Below, piece by piece: positions 41,935 to 51,591 of a stretch of DNA of 64,000 nucleotides. A model generated the notes under the pieces. That model saw nothing but the letters and a program-made list of their open reading frames with translations. It was not told the origin of the DNA and searched no databases. Numbering within the stretch: the stretch's first letter is position 1; each line of letters starts with the position of its first letter. Origin of the DNA: an uncultured Pelagibacteraceae bacterium (GTDB lineage: Bacteria > Pseudomonadota > Alphaproteobacteria > Pelagibacterales > Pelagibacteraceae); assembly GCA_902553675.1 (NCBI GenBank), contig CACDLV010000001.1, positions 1,080-65,079 of the forward strand, given 5' to 3'. The position numbers were made by a program, and so were the translations under genes.

Positions 41935-43086
41935 TTATCTTCTGAATCTTAAATTACTTCTGTTTAAATCACTAATTTTAGTGCAGCCCATTAACTTCAT
42001 ATCTCTCACTAATTCAGATTTATACTTCTCTAGAGCTCTTTCTACTCCTGCTTGTCCAGCTGCTGCTAAAGCATATAAATAAAGTCTACCACCAGAACAT
42101 GCTTTTGCACCTAATGATAATGCTTTAAGCATATGAGTTCCTCTATGAATTCCCCCCTCGCAGATTACATCCAGCTTATCACCAACAGCATCAACGATTT
42201 CAGCAAGTTGATCAAAAGGTGATCTTGATCCATCAAGTTGTCTTCCACCGTGGTTTGAAACCATTATTCCTGTACATCCAATATCTACAGCTCTCTTAGC
42301 ATCTTCAACACTCATAACTCCTTTTAAAGCAAAATGGCCTCCCCATTTAGAGCAAAGTTGTTCAGCATCTTTCCAGTTCATTGACTGGTCCAGCATTGTC
42401 GAGAAATAATTTCCTATTGAAGAGTTTGTACTCGTTCCCTCTTTTACAAAATCTTGAAGATGAGGTAATTCAAATTTACCTTTTGTTAAATAATTTATTC
42501 CCCACATAGGCTTTGTGGCAAAACTAAATAAACTTGATAGTGTTAGTTTAGGTGGTGAAGTAAATCCAGTTCTTAAATCTCTTTCTCTATTTCCTCCTGT
42601 AATCGTATCGACCGTTAGAGCCATGACATCAAACTTAGCTGCTTTTGCTCTTTCTAAGCATGAATCATTAAGCCCTCTATCTTTATGAAAATAAAACTGA
42701 AACATTTTTGGCGTATCAACAAGTGAGGAAATTTCCTCCACGCTGACTGTTGCTAGTGCCGATACCCCAAACATGGTATTATATTTCTTAGCAGCTTTAC
42801 CTACAGCTCTTTCACCATCGTAATGAAATAATCTCTGTAAAGCGGTAGGTGATAAATAAAAAGGTAAATCTAATTTCTTTCCAAATATTGTTGTCGATAA
42901 ATCGACATCCTCTACACCTCTTAAAACATTAGGTACTAAATCAACATCATCAAATGCACTTGTATTTCTAGCATACGTGATTTCATCATCTGCAGCACCA
43001 TCAATGTAGTGAAATATCGGTGATGGCAACTTTTTTTTAGCTAGTTTTCTAAAATCGCTAAAGTTATGACAATCTTTTAAATTCAT
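41935..43086 (-). CDS. lldD: FMN-dependent alpha-hydroxy-acid dehydrogenase (L-lactate dehydrogenase type), paralog 1
   Basis: SNHGGRQLDG, EGGIHRG, GNRERD. Confidence 0.85.
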   Translation of the reverse strand: MNLKDCHNFSDFRKLAKKKLPSPIFHYIDGAADDEITYARNTSAFDDVDLVPNVLRGVEDVDLSTTIFGKKLDLPFYLSPTALQRLFHYDGERAVGKAAKKYNTMFGVSALATVSVEEISSLVDTPKMFQFYFHKDRGLNDSCLERAKAAKFDVMALTVDTITGGNRERDLRTGFTSPPKLTLSSLFSFATKPMWGINYLTKGKFELPHLQDFVKEGTSTNSSIGNYFSTMLDQSMNWKDAEQLCSKWGGHFALKGVMSVEDAKRAVDIGCTGIMVSNHGGRQLDGSRSPFDQLAEIVDAVGDKLDVICEGGIHRGTHMLKALSLGAKACSGGRLYLYALAAAGQAGVERALEKYKSELVRDMKLMGCTKISDLNRSNLRFRR

Positions 43087-43095
43087 AGATACTTT

Positions 43096-43608
43096 CTAAA
43101 AGTTTTTAAAGAAATTAAACATATAACTATTTGCCCCAGGATTTTTATCACCAAGACTAGCATTAGATATATGATTATAGGAAAACCCTAATTGACTGTC
43201 TCCTGATAAATCAAGTGAAAATTGTAGTTCACTTTTAAATTCAATTACGTGACCTAAATCTTTACCATCACCTTCATGATACAAACCTGGTGTAAAACTT
43301 GGAGTAAAATTTATTGAACCTATTTTATATTGTGCCTCAACGCCTGTATAAAAATATCCTGCGTTATCAGCTGTGATCAATGCACCTGTAATTGGTGATA
43401 GATTTCCTAAAAATGTATCTCTATTTAAATTTTCATTTTGATGTTCAAATCCAATCAAAGTTGATTTTTTTCCATCATCACTAAAATCAAACATCCCAGA
43501 GTAAAAACTTAGTTCTGTGTTTTGGTTGTTTAATTTATTTTCATCTGCGATAGATGAAAATGCAAATGATGTGATTAACAAATTAATTATAAATTTTTTT
43601 AAATTCAT
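43096..43608 (-). CDS. outer-membrane lipid A 3-O-deacylase (PagL-like)
   Basis: Signal peptide, beta-barrel pattern, HISNA...NPG catalytic motif, terminal Phe. Confidence 0.8.
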   Translation of the reverse strand: MNLKKFIINLLITSFAFSSIADENKLNNQNTELSFYSGMFDFSDDGKKSTLIGFEHQNENLNRDTFLGNLSPITGALITADNAGYFYTGVEAQYKIGSINFTPSFTPGLYHEGDGKDLGHVIEFKSELQFSLDLSGDSQLGFSYNHISNASLGDKNPGANSYMFNFFKNF

Positions 43609-43619
43609 TAAATATTAAA

Positions 43620-43982
43620 TTATTTTTTAACTATAAAACGTGTATAGATTATTGCACCTCCAATTAAAAATATCAATAACGGCAATAACCAGAGAATATA
43701 TGTATTTTTATTTAATCCTGGATCATAAAGTATCCATTCTCCATATTTAGTTTTAAAATATTCATATATTTGATCATCAGAAAGACCTTCCTGAATCTTT
43801 TTATCAACTACAATTTTTAAACTATTTGCAAATTCAGAATCTGAATCGTAAACCGATTGACCTTGACAAATAAGGCATCGTAAATTTTTAGTTATTTTGT
43901 TTCTTTTGTCATTTTCCTCAGCATTAACACCGCCTAAAGGAAATAATATTATAAAAATTAAAAAAAATTTAAGAAATTTCAT
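43620..43982 (-). CDS. ccmH: cytochrome c maturation protein CcmH
   Basis: LRCLICQGQSV, YGEWILYDP. Confidence 0.93.
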   Translation of the reverse strand: MKFLKFFLIFIILFPLGGVNAEENDKRNKITKNLRCLICQGQSVYDSDSEFANSLKIVVDKKIQEGLSDDQIYEYFKTKYGEWILYDPGLNKNTYILWLLPLLIFLIGGAIIYTRFIVKK

Positions 43983-44497
43983 TTTATTAGTAAATTAATT
44001 TCATCAACTAATTCTTGGTTAAGTGGTCCAATATATTTTTTAATAATTTTATTTTTATAAATTAAATATGATTCGGGAACCCCATAAGCTCCCCACTCAA
44101 TAGCAATTGTACCATCTAAATCAATAAAGATTTCTTTATAAGGGTTTCCTAGTTCTTTTAAAAAATTTTCTGCGTTTTTAAAATTATCTTTATAATTCAT
44201 CCCAATTATATTTACTTTATTTTCTAAATTTAAATTCATTAAAAAAGGATGCTCTTGTCGACATGGTACACACCAAGATGACCAAATATTTAATAAATAA
44301 ATCTTATCTAATTCAAAGATACTTAATGATTTTACATTTTCTCCAGAAAAAAAATTTTTTATATTAAACACTGGTATCTCTTTTTTTGTATTAATTTCTG
44401 GAGTGTATATTTTTGAATCATCTAAACCTTTGTAAAAAATAAAAAATATTATTCCAAAAATTATAATAACTGAAAAAGGTAATATTTTATTTTTCAT
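43979..44497 (-). CDS. ccmG: thiol:disulfide interchange protein CcmG/DsbE
   Basis: WCVPCRQEHP, YGVPES. Confidence 0.93.
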   Translation of the reverse strand: MKNKILPFSVIIIFGIIFFIFYKGLDDSKIYTPEINTKKEIPVFNIKNFFSGENVKSLSIFELDKIYLLNIWSSWCVPCRQEHPFLMNLNLENKVNIIGMNYKDNFKNAENFLKELGNPYKEIFIDLDGTIAIEWGAYGVPESYLIYKNKIIKKYIGPLNQELVDEINLLIK

Positions 44498-46368
44498 GAT
44501 CTTTTTTGTAAAAAGCTAACAATTCCCCCAAAAGATATTAAAATTACCGATAACCAAATCCACAACATAAATGGTTTAACTTGATATCTTACGTTGAAAA
44601 AATCTTGATTTTGGACCAGATTAATTACAATAAACTTATCTGACATAAGAGTTGTTTTAATATCAGCTTCACTTGTAGCTATGACAGGTTGATTATAAAT
44701 TCTCAACTCTGGCGAAAGTTTATCTTTTTCACCATTTGAATTACTTATAGAAAAATTTGCAATAATTGCATTATAATTTTGTTCTCTTTTTTGATCAATA
44801 CTTTCAAAAACTATCTTAATTTCTGAATTTTCAAAAGTTTCACCAACTTTAAGATTTGTTATAATTTCGCTTGCAAATAAATTATTAAACAAAATACTTA
44901 GGATTAGTAAACTAAATCCAAAATGAGCAATATTTTGTGAAATATTTTTATATTTTTTAACAAAAAAATCTCTCAGTGTGATAAAGAATAAATAAAGTGC
45001 ACTTGATATCAAAATTGTATTTATTAAAATATTCTGATTAAAATTTTTTAATAATAAAAATGCTAATAAAATTGAGATAATCAAAAAAGAAATTAAATAT
45101 ATTTTATCTTCTAGTTGAGATTTGATCCATCTTAATTTTGGTCCAATCGCCATCATAAGTAAAAAAGGAATTAAAAATGGTATTATTAACTTATGATAGA
45201 ATGGAGGACCAACAGATATTTTTTGTGAAGAGATCACATCTAAAAAAATTGGATATACAGTACCTATTAATACAACTGATAAAAAATACATCATAAACCA
45301 GTTGTTTATTAATATTGAAGTTTCTTTGCTTAACCAAAAAAAATTATAAGATTTTTTATTATTATCTTTGTGAAAAAAGAAAAATATTAAAATAGATAAA
45401 AAAATCAAAATGAATAAAAAAATAAGAATAAATAAACCTCTTTCAGGATCATTAGCAAATGTATGAACTGAATTTAAAATTCCTGATCTAACTAAAAATG
45501 TTCCACACATACTTAATGTAAATGTTGCAATAGAAAGAATTATTACCCATGAAGTTAAAATAAATTTTTTCTCTAATATTAAAATACAATGTAAAAGAGT
45601 GGTTAATGCAAGCCACGGCATCAAAGAAACATTCTCTACTGGATCCCAAAACCAAAAACCTCCCCAGCCTAATTCATAATAAGCCCAAATTGAACCAAGC
45701 AGTATTCCTAAAGTTAAAAATATCCACGAAATTAAAACCCATTTTTTTATATGTGATGCCCAACTAGTAGAAATAATTTTTAAACTTGTTGCTGCTAAAA
45801 CTGAGGAAAAAATAATTGATGAACCAACGTAGCCTAAATATAAAATAGGTGGGTGAATAGCTAAAGCTGGGTCTTGTAAAATTGGATTTAATCCAAGACC
45901 TTCTGAAGGTATTGGAAAAATATAATTAAATGGATTTGACGTTTTGATTAAAAATAAAAAGAAACCAACTATTATTATTTGTTGAAAAACTAAAGTTAAA
46001 ATTTTGTACTTAATTGGTTGATTTTTTGTCCTTACTAAAAATAAGAAAATAAATAAAGTCAAGACAAGTAACCATAATAATAAACTTCCTTCATGATTTC
46101 CCCAGGTTCCACTTATTTTATAAAATAACGGTTTGGTGGTATGAGAATTATTAAATACTGTTTCATTGCTAAAATCTGAAACAACAAAAGAAAAGATCAA
46201 ACACAAAAAACTAATGGAAACAAAAAATAATTGTAAAAATGTAAATGATAATATTTTGGTATCTAATAATTTTGAATTATTAAAATTCTTATATGAAAAA
46301 TAAAATAAAAATAATCCAATAATTAATCCTAAAATTAAAGAATAGTACCCAATAAGACTATAGATCAA
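44494..46368 (-). CDS. ccmF: heme lyase CcmF
   Basis: WGNHEGS, HPP.LYLGY, WGGFWFWDPVEN, SVHTF. Confidence 0.97.
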   Translation of the reverse strand: MIYSLIGYYSLILGLIIGLFLFYFSYKNFNNSKLLDTKILSFTFLQLFFVSISFLCLIFSFVVSDFSNETVFNNSHTTKPLFYKISGTWGNHEGSLLLWLLVLTLFIFLFLVRTKNQPIKYKILTLVFQQIIIVGFFLFLIKTSNPFNYIFPIPSEGLGLNPILQDPALAIHPPILYLGYVGSSIIFSSVLAATSLKIISTSWASHIKKWVLISWIFLTLGILLGSIWAYYELGWGGFWFWDPVENVSLMPWLALTTLLHCILILEKKFILTSWVIILSIATFTLSMCGTFLVRSGILNSVHTFANDPERGLFILIFLFILIFLSILIFFFFHKDNNKKSYNFFWLSKETSILINNWFMMYFLSVVLIGTVYPIFLDVISSQKISVGPPFYHKLIIPFLIPFLLMMAIGPKLRWIKSQLEDKIYLISFLIISILLAFLLLKNFNQNILINTILISSALYLFFITLRDFFVKKYKNISQNIAHFGFSLLILSILFNNLFASEIITNLKVGETFENSEIKIVFESIDQKREQNYNAIIANFSISNSNGEKDKLSPELRIYNQPVIATSEADIKTTLMSDKFIVINLVQNQDFFNVRYQVKPFMLWIWLSVILISFGGIVSFLQKRS

Positions 46369-46369
46369 T

Positions 46370-46789
46370 TTATTTTTCCCCTAATGCTTCTTTTACTTCT
46401 GGTGGCATATAATTTTCATCATGCTTAGCTAAAATTTTTGTTGCAGAGAAAAAATTTCTATCTTTTAAAAAACCTTCTGCAACAACCCCTTTTCCCTCAG
46501 CAAATAAATTTGGTACTGCTCCAGAGTAAGTAACATTTATTTCATTTTTAAAGTCTGTAATTATAAAATTAACTTCATTTGAATTTATGGATATAGAATT
46601 TTTTTTAACCATTCCTCCAACTCTTATTTTGCTTTTGTCTATTTCAGTAAGTAATTTTATTTCGGAAGGCGATTGAAAATATACAACATTCTCTTCTAAA
46701 GATTTTAAAATCAAAAATGTTATTAAAATTAAAGCAATTAAGATTGTTACTATCAACAAAAATCTTAATTTAACTTTTCGACCATACAT
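46370..46789 (-). CDS. ccmE: heme chaperone CcmE
   Basis: [12 protein letters not shown]. Confidence 0.97.
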   Translation of the reverse strand: MYGRKVKLRFLLIVTILIALILITFLILKSLEENVVYFQSPSEIKLLTEIDKSKIRVGGMVKKNSISINSNEVNFIITDFKNEINVTYSGAVPNLFAEGKGVVAEGFLKDRNFFSATKILAKHDENYMPPEVKEALGEK

Positions 46790-46799
46790 GGTTTAAAAG

Positions 46800-47027
46800 T
46801 TAATTATTTGTTTCGTTTGCTAAAATTTCTTTATTTATTCTTTGTGATTTTGCAGAATTAGCTTGCTCAGTGGTAAGTGATCCAAATTTAGCAACAAATT
46901 TGTTTTGTTCTTTAACAAATTGCATTTTAGTTACCAAATACAAACCTAAGAAACTTAATAAGGTAAAGCTAAAAGCAGATAAAACATACACTGCATATCC
47001 ATTCATAAAAAGTAATTCATTTATCAT
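46800..47027 (-). CDS. ccmD: heme exporter protein CcmD
   Basis: MNGYAVYV plus a single TM; lies between ccmC and ccmE. Confidence 0.8.
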   Translation of the reverse strand: MINELLFMNGYAVYVLSAFSFTLLSFLGLYLVTKMQFVKEQNKFVAKFGSLTTEQANSAKSQRINKEILANETNN

Positions 47028-47731
47028 AATCTATCTAAGCCTTTATTTTTAATTTTTATCAGTTCTGTATTATATTTCATTAAGAAAATTAACAATGAAA
47101 AAAGAGCAAATGCCGCAGTCATTATCAATAATGGGTAAAGCATTGATGAATGAATTGAGCTTTTCGACAAAATATTAATAGATGCAGGTTGATGTAGTGT
47201 ATTCCACCAATCAACTGAGTATTTTATTATTGGAACATTAATAATTCCTAAAATAGTTATAAAAGTTGAAATCTTATAGACTTTTTCTTCCTTATCATAA
47301 ATTCTCCATACAATTAAATACATTGCATAGAACAATGCTAAAATTAACATTGAAGTTATTCTTGCATCCCAAGCCCACCATGTTCCCCAAGTGGGTTTTC
47401 CCCAAATTGATCCTGTGACTAGGGCAATAATATTAAAAACAAATCCCGAAGGAGCTAAACTTTTAGAGATTAAAAAAAAATTTTTATTTTTAAACACGAA
47501 GCCACAAATAGATAAAAAAGTTATAGAAGAAAATATTCCAAGTGAAATCCAAGCAGCAGGAACATGAACATACATAATTCTAACTGCATCACTTTGTTTA
47601 TAATCTTCAGGAGATATGAATAATGCTTCAACTAAGCCAACAGTTAATACAATAATAAACAAAAATAATACGTACTTAGGCGCTTTTGACGTAATTTTAA
47701 AAATCTTGTTAGGTTCAAAAAGTTTAAACAT
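47024..47731 (-). CDS. ccmC: heme exporter protein CcmC
   Basis: HVPAAW, WGKPTWGTWWAWDAR, WWNTLHQ. Confidence 0.97.
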   Translation of the reverse strand: MFKLFEPNKIFKITSKAPKYVLFLFIIVLTVGLVEALFISPEDYKQSDAVRIMYVHVPAAWISLGIFSSITFLSICGFVFKNKNFFLISKSLAPSGFVFNIIALVTGSIWGKPTWGTWWAWDARITSMLILALFYAMYLIVWRIYDKEEKVYKISTFITILGIINVPIIKYSVDWWNTLHQPASINILSKSSIHSSMLYPLLIMTAAFALFSLLIFLMKYNTELIKIKNKGLDRL

Positions 47732-47772
47732 ATTTTAATTTAAAAATTTTTTTGATGATTTCTATTATGAAA

Positions 47773-47850
47773 TAGTTTTCTGATCAAGAATGCAGAGGGG
47801 AGATAATAAGATTGAAATTAACTTTTAACACTCTTGACCAGAAGATACTA
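47773..47850 (-). ncRNA. candidate structured RNA in the hspQ-ccmC spacer
   Basis: 15-bp stem UUCUGGUCAAGAGUG/CAUUCUUGAUCAGAA with two G-U pairs valid only on the minus strand, extended by UAGU/ACUA. 36-nt loop ending UCUCCCCUCUG. Confidence 0.45.
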
Positions 47851-47910
47851 AAAACATAGCTAATTTGTATGGCCTAGATTTGAGCTAAATGTGGTTGAAT
47901 AATGGTTGCC

Positions 47911-48231
47911 TTAATTAGAAAGCTTGAAATAACTGGAGCCTTTTTTTCCTGAAAAAATCTCTTCAATTAAAGGGTGTTTTATTGGTTCATCAGAGTCGTC
48001 CATTAGCAAGTTTTGCTCAGAAACATAAGCTTCATAAGTTATCTCGTCATTTTCTGCTAATAGGTGATAAAATGGCTGATCTTTTCTTGGTCTCACATTT
48101 TTTGGAATAGATTGATACCATTCCTCTGAATTATTAAATTCAAAATCAACATCATAAATCACACCTCTAAATTCGAAGTGTTTATGCTTTACAATGTCTC
48201 CAATTGAAAATTTGGCTTTTTGAACTGGCAT
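47911..48231 (-). CDS. hspQ: heat shock protein HspQ (YccV-like)
   Basis: AKFSIG.IVKH..F.FRGVI.DVD, DQPFYHLLAE, AYVSEQNL. Confidence 0.93.
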   Translation of the reverse strand: MPVQKAKFSIGDIVKHKHFEFRGVIYDVDFEFNNSEEWYQSIPKNVRPRKDQPFYHLLAENDEITYEAYVSEQNLLMDDSDEPIKHPLIEEIFSGKKGSSYFKLSN

Positions 48232-48238
48232 TGATCTC

Positions 48239-48266
48239 AGTATGGGTATTTAGAAATAAAAATCAA
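48239..48266 (-). promoter_or_regulatory. putative RpoH (sigma32) promoter of hspQ
   Basis: TTG-N17-CCCATACT ending 7 nt before the ATG. Confidence 0.55.
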
Positions 48267-48315
48267 TGCTAAAAATATAAATGTTTTGTGATGTGGCAAA
48301 TATGTTAATATCTTT

Positions 48316-48870
48316 TTGGTGAATAAATCTTTTTTAAAATTTGTTACTGATTTCGGTCCTTTAGCAATATTTTTTTTCTATTATTACAATAGTGATAAAA
48401 ATTTATCAGTAGCTATACCTCCACTAATAGTTGCAACTTTAGTTGCATTAGCAGTAGTTTGGTTTTTTGAAAAAAAAATTCCTCCAATGCCTTTGGTAAG
48501 TGGAATTTTAATTACTTTTTTTGGTGGATTAACAATCTACTTTAATGATCCTATATTTATTTACGTTAAACCAACTATTATTAACATTATGTTTGCTCTT
48601 GCATTATTTTTTGGGAAATATTTTACCAATGAACCTATTCTTAAAAAAATTATGGGTAAATCTATTCCTCTAACTGATATTGGTTGGGAAATTCTTAATA
48701 AACGATGGATGTATTTTTTCTTTGGTCTTGCTTTATTAAATGAAATTGTTTGGAGAACTCAAACAGAAGAATTTTGGGTTAATTTTAAAGTATGGGGAAT
48801 GCTTCCGATAACAATAATATTTACAGGGTTTCAAGTACCATTAATTAATAAACATAAGATTGATGCGTAG
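48316..48870 (+). CDS. ispZ: inner membrane protein YciB/IspZ
   Basis: DFGPL, FGGLT..F...FI.VKPTI, WVNFKVWG. Confidence 0.92.
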   Translation: MVNKSFLKFVTDFGPLAIFFFYYYNSDKNLSVAIPPLIVATLVALAVVWFFEKKIPPMPLVSGILITFFGGLTIYFNDPIFIYVKPTIINIMFALALFFGKYFTNEPILKKIMGKSIPLTDIGWEILNKRWMYFFFGLALLNEIVWRTQTEEFWVNFKVWGMLPITIIFTGFQVPLINKHKIDA

Positions 48871-49207
48871 TAATTTAAAATTAGTAGTAAATAATCCGCA
48901 TAATAAAATAGAAGATAAACATTTTTTTGAAAAAGATGAGTTAAAAATTATATTAGACTTATATGCTAAGATGGTTTCTGAAGGATCTTGGAAAGATTAT
49001 GGTTTAAGTATATCAAGTAAACAAGTGGGGTTTAGTGTTTTTAGAAATGCTACTGAAAATGCCCTATATAAAATTTGTAAAAATTTTAAGCCTAAAAATA
49101 AAAATCTTAAATATTTGATTACTGATACGAGTGGTAAAATACTAAAAAATTCTTATGATCTCAGAATTTTATTAAAAAATACCAACTGGAAGAAACTTCA
49201 AAAATAA
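48860..49207 (+). CDS. DUF2794-like protein
   Basis: FEKDELKIILDLYAKMVSEGSWKDY...FSVFR pattern of the alphaproteobacterial DUF2794 family (recalled). Confidence 0.75.
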   Translation: MMRSNLKLVVNNPHNKIEDKHFFEKDELKIILDLYAKMVSEGSWKDYGLSISSKQVGFSVFRNATENALYKICKNFKPKNKNLKYLITDTSGKILKNSYDLRILLKNTNWKKLQK

Positions 49208-49209
49208 AT

Positions 49210-49968
49210 TTATCTTCTTTGACCGAATAATCTTAACAACATTATAAATAGATTGATAAAATCTAGATATAAAGTTAAAGCTCCCATAACAGCCTTCTTG
49301 CCCATTAACTCACCTGAGTCTGACGCAACATACATATTTTTGATTTTCTGAGTGTCATAAGCTGTTAAACCAACGAATATTAAAACACCTAAAATTGAAA
49401 TTACAAAATACATCATAGAAGATTTCATAAAGATATTAACAATTGAAGCTATAATTATTCCAATTAGACCCATCATTAAAAAAGATCCTAACTTTGTAAG
49501 ATCTCTTTTAGTTGTGTATCCATAAATACTCATCGCTCCAAATGTTGCAGATGTAATGAAGAAAACTCTTGTTACACTCATTCCAGTATAAACCAATAAA
49601 ATTGAAGATAATGATAGACCCATCAAAGCTGCAAAAACCCAAAACGTAGTTTGTGCTTTTGATGCACTCATCTTATTAATTCCAAAGCTCATATAAAAAA
49701 CTATTGCTAAAGGTGCTAACATTACCACCCAAGCTAGTCCCGAATTATAAATTGTATTACCAAATGGTGTTAAAATAATTCCAGCGCTTGTAATTTGTTC
49801 TACTCCCATTTGAAATGTAACTAGTGCAACAATTCCTGTCAATAAAACACCTGTTGCCATATAGTTATAAACTTTTAACATGTAGGCTCTTAAGCCCTCA
49901 TCCATTACAGCAGCTGTTTGTTGTGCTGCTTTTGCTCTATTTAGTATTCCGTTTTTATCAAATTCCAT
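49210..49968 (-). CDS. Bax inhibitor-1/YccA family membrane protein
   Basis: DEGLRAYMLKVYNYM, AYDTQKIK, ALTLYLDFINLF. Confidence 0.93.
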   Translation of the reverse strand: MEFDKNGILNRAKAAQQTAAVMDEGLRAYMLKVYNYMATGVLLTGIVALVTFQMGVEQITSAGIILTPFGNTIYNSGLAWVVMLAPLAIVFYMSFGINKMSASKAQTTFWVFAALMGLSLSSILLVYTGMSVTRVFFITSATFGAMSIYGYTTKRDLTKLGSFLMMGLIGIIIASIVNIFMKSSMMYFVISILGVLIFVGLTAYDTQKIKNMYVASDSGELMGKKAVMGALTLYLDFINLFIMLLRLFGQRR

Positions 49969-50049
49969 AATAGGTAATATATATATATTCTTTTACTAAT
50001 TATTCAAGATACCTTAAAAGATTAACAAAAATTTAACTTAATATTTCTA

Positions 50050-51084
50050 ATGAAATACAAAAATTTAGGTAATACCAATATTAAAGTAAGTACAATTTGT
50101 CTCGGTACTATGACTTGGGGAGAACAAAATACTGAACTTGAAGCATTTGAACAAATGGATTTTTCATTAGATCAAGGAGTAAACTTTTGGGACACAGCTG
50201 AATTATATGCAGTACCTCCTAGAAAAGAAACCTACGGTGATACAGAAGAAATTATTGGGAAATGGTTTGAAAAAACAAAAAAAAGAGACAAAGTCATTCT
50301 TGCAACAAAAGTTGCTGGTCCTGCAAGAGATTATTTAAGAAGTGGAGAAAATAGTTTTACAGGTCCAAACTTAGAATCTGCTTTAAATGACAGTCTTAAA
50401 AGACTTAAAACTGATTATATAGATTTATATCAACTTCATTGGCCAGAAAGAAATGTAAATAATTTTGGAAGACTTAATTATGTTCATAAGGAAAATGAAT
50501 GGAATAAATTTGAAGATGTTCTTGCAGAGTTAAATAAATATATTGATCAGGGAAAAATAAGATACGTTGGTTTATCAAATGAGACCCCTTGGGGAGTTTT
50601 AAATTATCTTCAGTTATCCAAAGATAAAAAGTTGCCAAGAATGATGTCAATCCAAAATCCTTATAGTTTATTAAATAGATCTTACGAAGTTGGACTAGCT
50701 GAAGTTTCTATAAGAGAAAACATTGGCTGCTTAGCTTACTCACCATTAGCAAGTGGATATTTAAGTGGAAAGTATAGAAACAAGAATTTCCCCAAAGGAT
50801 CAAGAATGGAGAGAGATTTCGATTTCTGGACAAGGTATAGAAAGCCAAATACTGAGGATGCCGTTGAACATTATTATAAAATTAGTGAAAAGTTTGATCT
50901 AGATATGAGTCAGATGGCGATAAAATTTTGTGAAATCCAAGACTTTATGACTAGTGTAATAATTGGAGCAACTACAATGGAGCAGTTGAAAACAAATATA
51001 GAAAGTGTAAATGTAAACTTATCTGATGATGTCATTAAAGAAATTAACCACGTACAAACAATTTATCCAAATCCATGTCCATAA
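50050..51084 (+). CDS. tas: aldo/keto reductase, Tas-like
   Basis: CLGTMTWGEQN, DTAELY, LHWPER, SNETPWG, YSPLASG. Confidence 0.88.
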   Translation: MKYKNLGNTNIKVSTICLGTMTWGEQNTELEAFEQMDFSLDQGVNFWDTAELYAVPPRKETYGDTEEIIGKWFEKTKKRDKVILATKVAGPARDYLRSGENSFTGPNLESALNDSLKRLKTDYIDLYQLHWPERNVNNFGRLNYVHKENEWNKFEDVLAELNKYIDQGKIRYVGLSNETPWGVLNYLQLSKDKKLPRMMSIQNPYSLLNRSYEVGLAEVSIRENIGCLAYSPLASGYLSGKYRNKNFPKGSRMERDFDFWTRYRKPNTEDAVEHYYKISEKFDLDMSQMAIKFCEIQDFMTSVIIGATTMEQLKTNIESVNVNLSDDVIKEINHVQTIYPNPCP

Positions 51085-51587
51085 TTAAAAAAATTACAAT
51101 ATTGTTAGGAATATTTTTTATAAGTGGTGTTGCTCAAGTTTCAGCTCAGGAAATTAAAAAAATTGGTAAATATAAAGATTGGGAGGCAATGGTCGTTATG
51201 GATGCTGACGGTAAAGTATGCTTTGCGCAATCTTTACCTATTTTGCAAGCACCCAAAACTAATAAAAGAGATGCAAAATTATTTGTAGCATTTAGACCAA
51301 ACGACAATATAAAAAATGAAGTAAGTGTTACCCCGGGTTATGAATTCAACAAAAATAATTCTGTAACAGCTGCTTCAGGGAAGAATAAATTTAAATTTGA
51401 TATTAAAGAACAAGGTTTTGCGTGGATTGCAGACAATAAAATCGAATTAAAAATGATCAAACAAATGAGAAAAGGATCTAGAATTATGATCACTGGATAC
51501 AATCAACAAGGTTCTCAAACAATTGATCATTACTCATTGCTAGGATTTACTAAAGCTTATAACGCTTCAAGAAAAGCTTGTAGTTAA
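51075..51587 (+). CDS. invasion-associated locus B (IalB) family periplasmic protein
   Basis: Signal peptide; KYKDW..KVCFA, YSLLGFTKA..C. Confidence 0.8.
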   Translation: MSIIKKITILLGIFFISGVAQVSAQEIKKIGKYKDWEAMVVMDADGKVCFAQSLPILQAPKTNKRDAKLFVAFRPNDNIKNEVSVTPGYEFNKNNSVTAASGKNKFKFDIKEQGFAWIADNKIELKMIKQMRKGSRIMITGYNQQGSQTIDHYSLLGFTKAYNASRKACS

Positions 51588-51591
51588 TTCA

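Noticed and set aside
47735-47910. Spacer considered as 6S RNA, a tRNA or a known riboswitch
   Set aside because: No closing stem with central bubble, cloverleaf or recognisable aptamer core; kept only as an unknown structured RNA.
49961-49990. dif-like sequence (TTATGGAA half-site)
   Set aside because: The match is just the ATG GAA start of the YccA gene and there is no convincing XerC arm.
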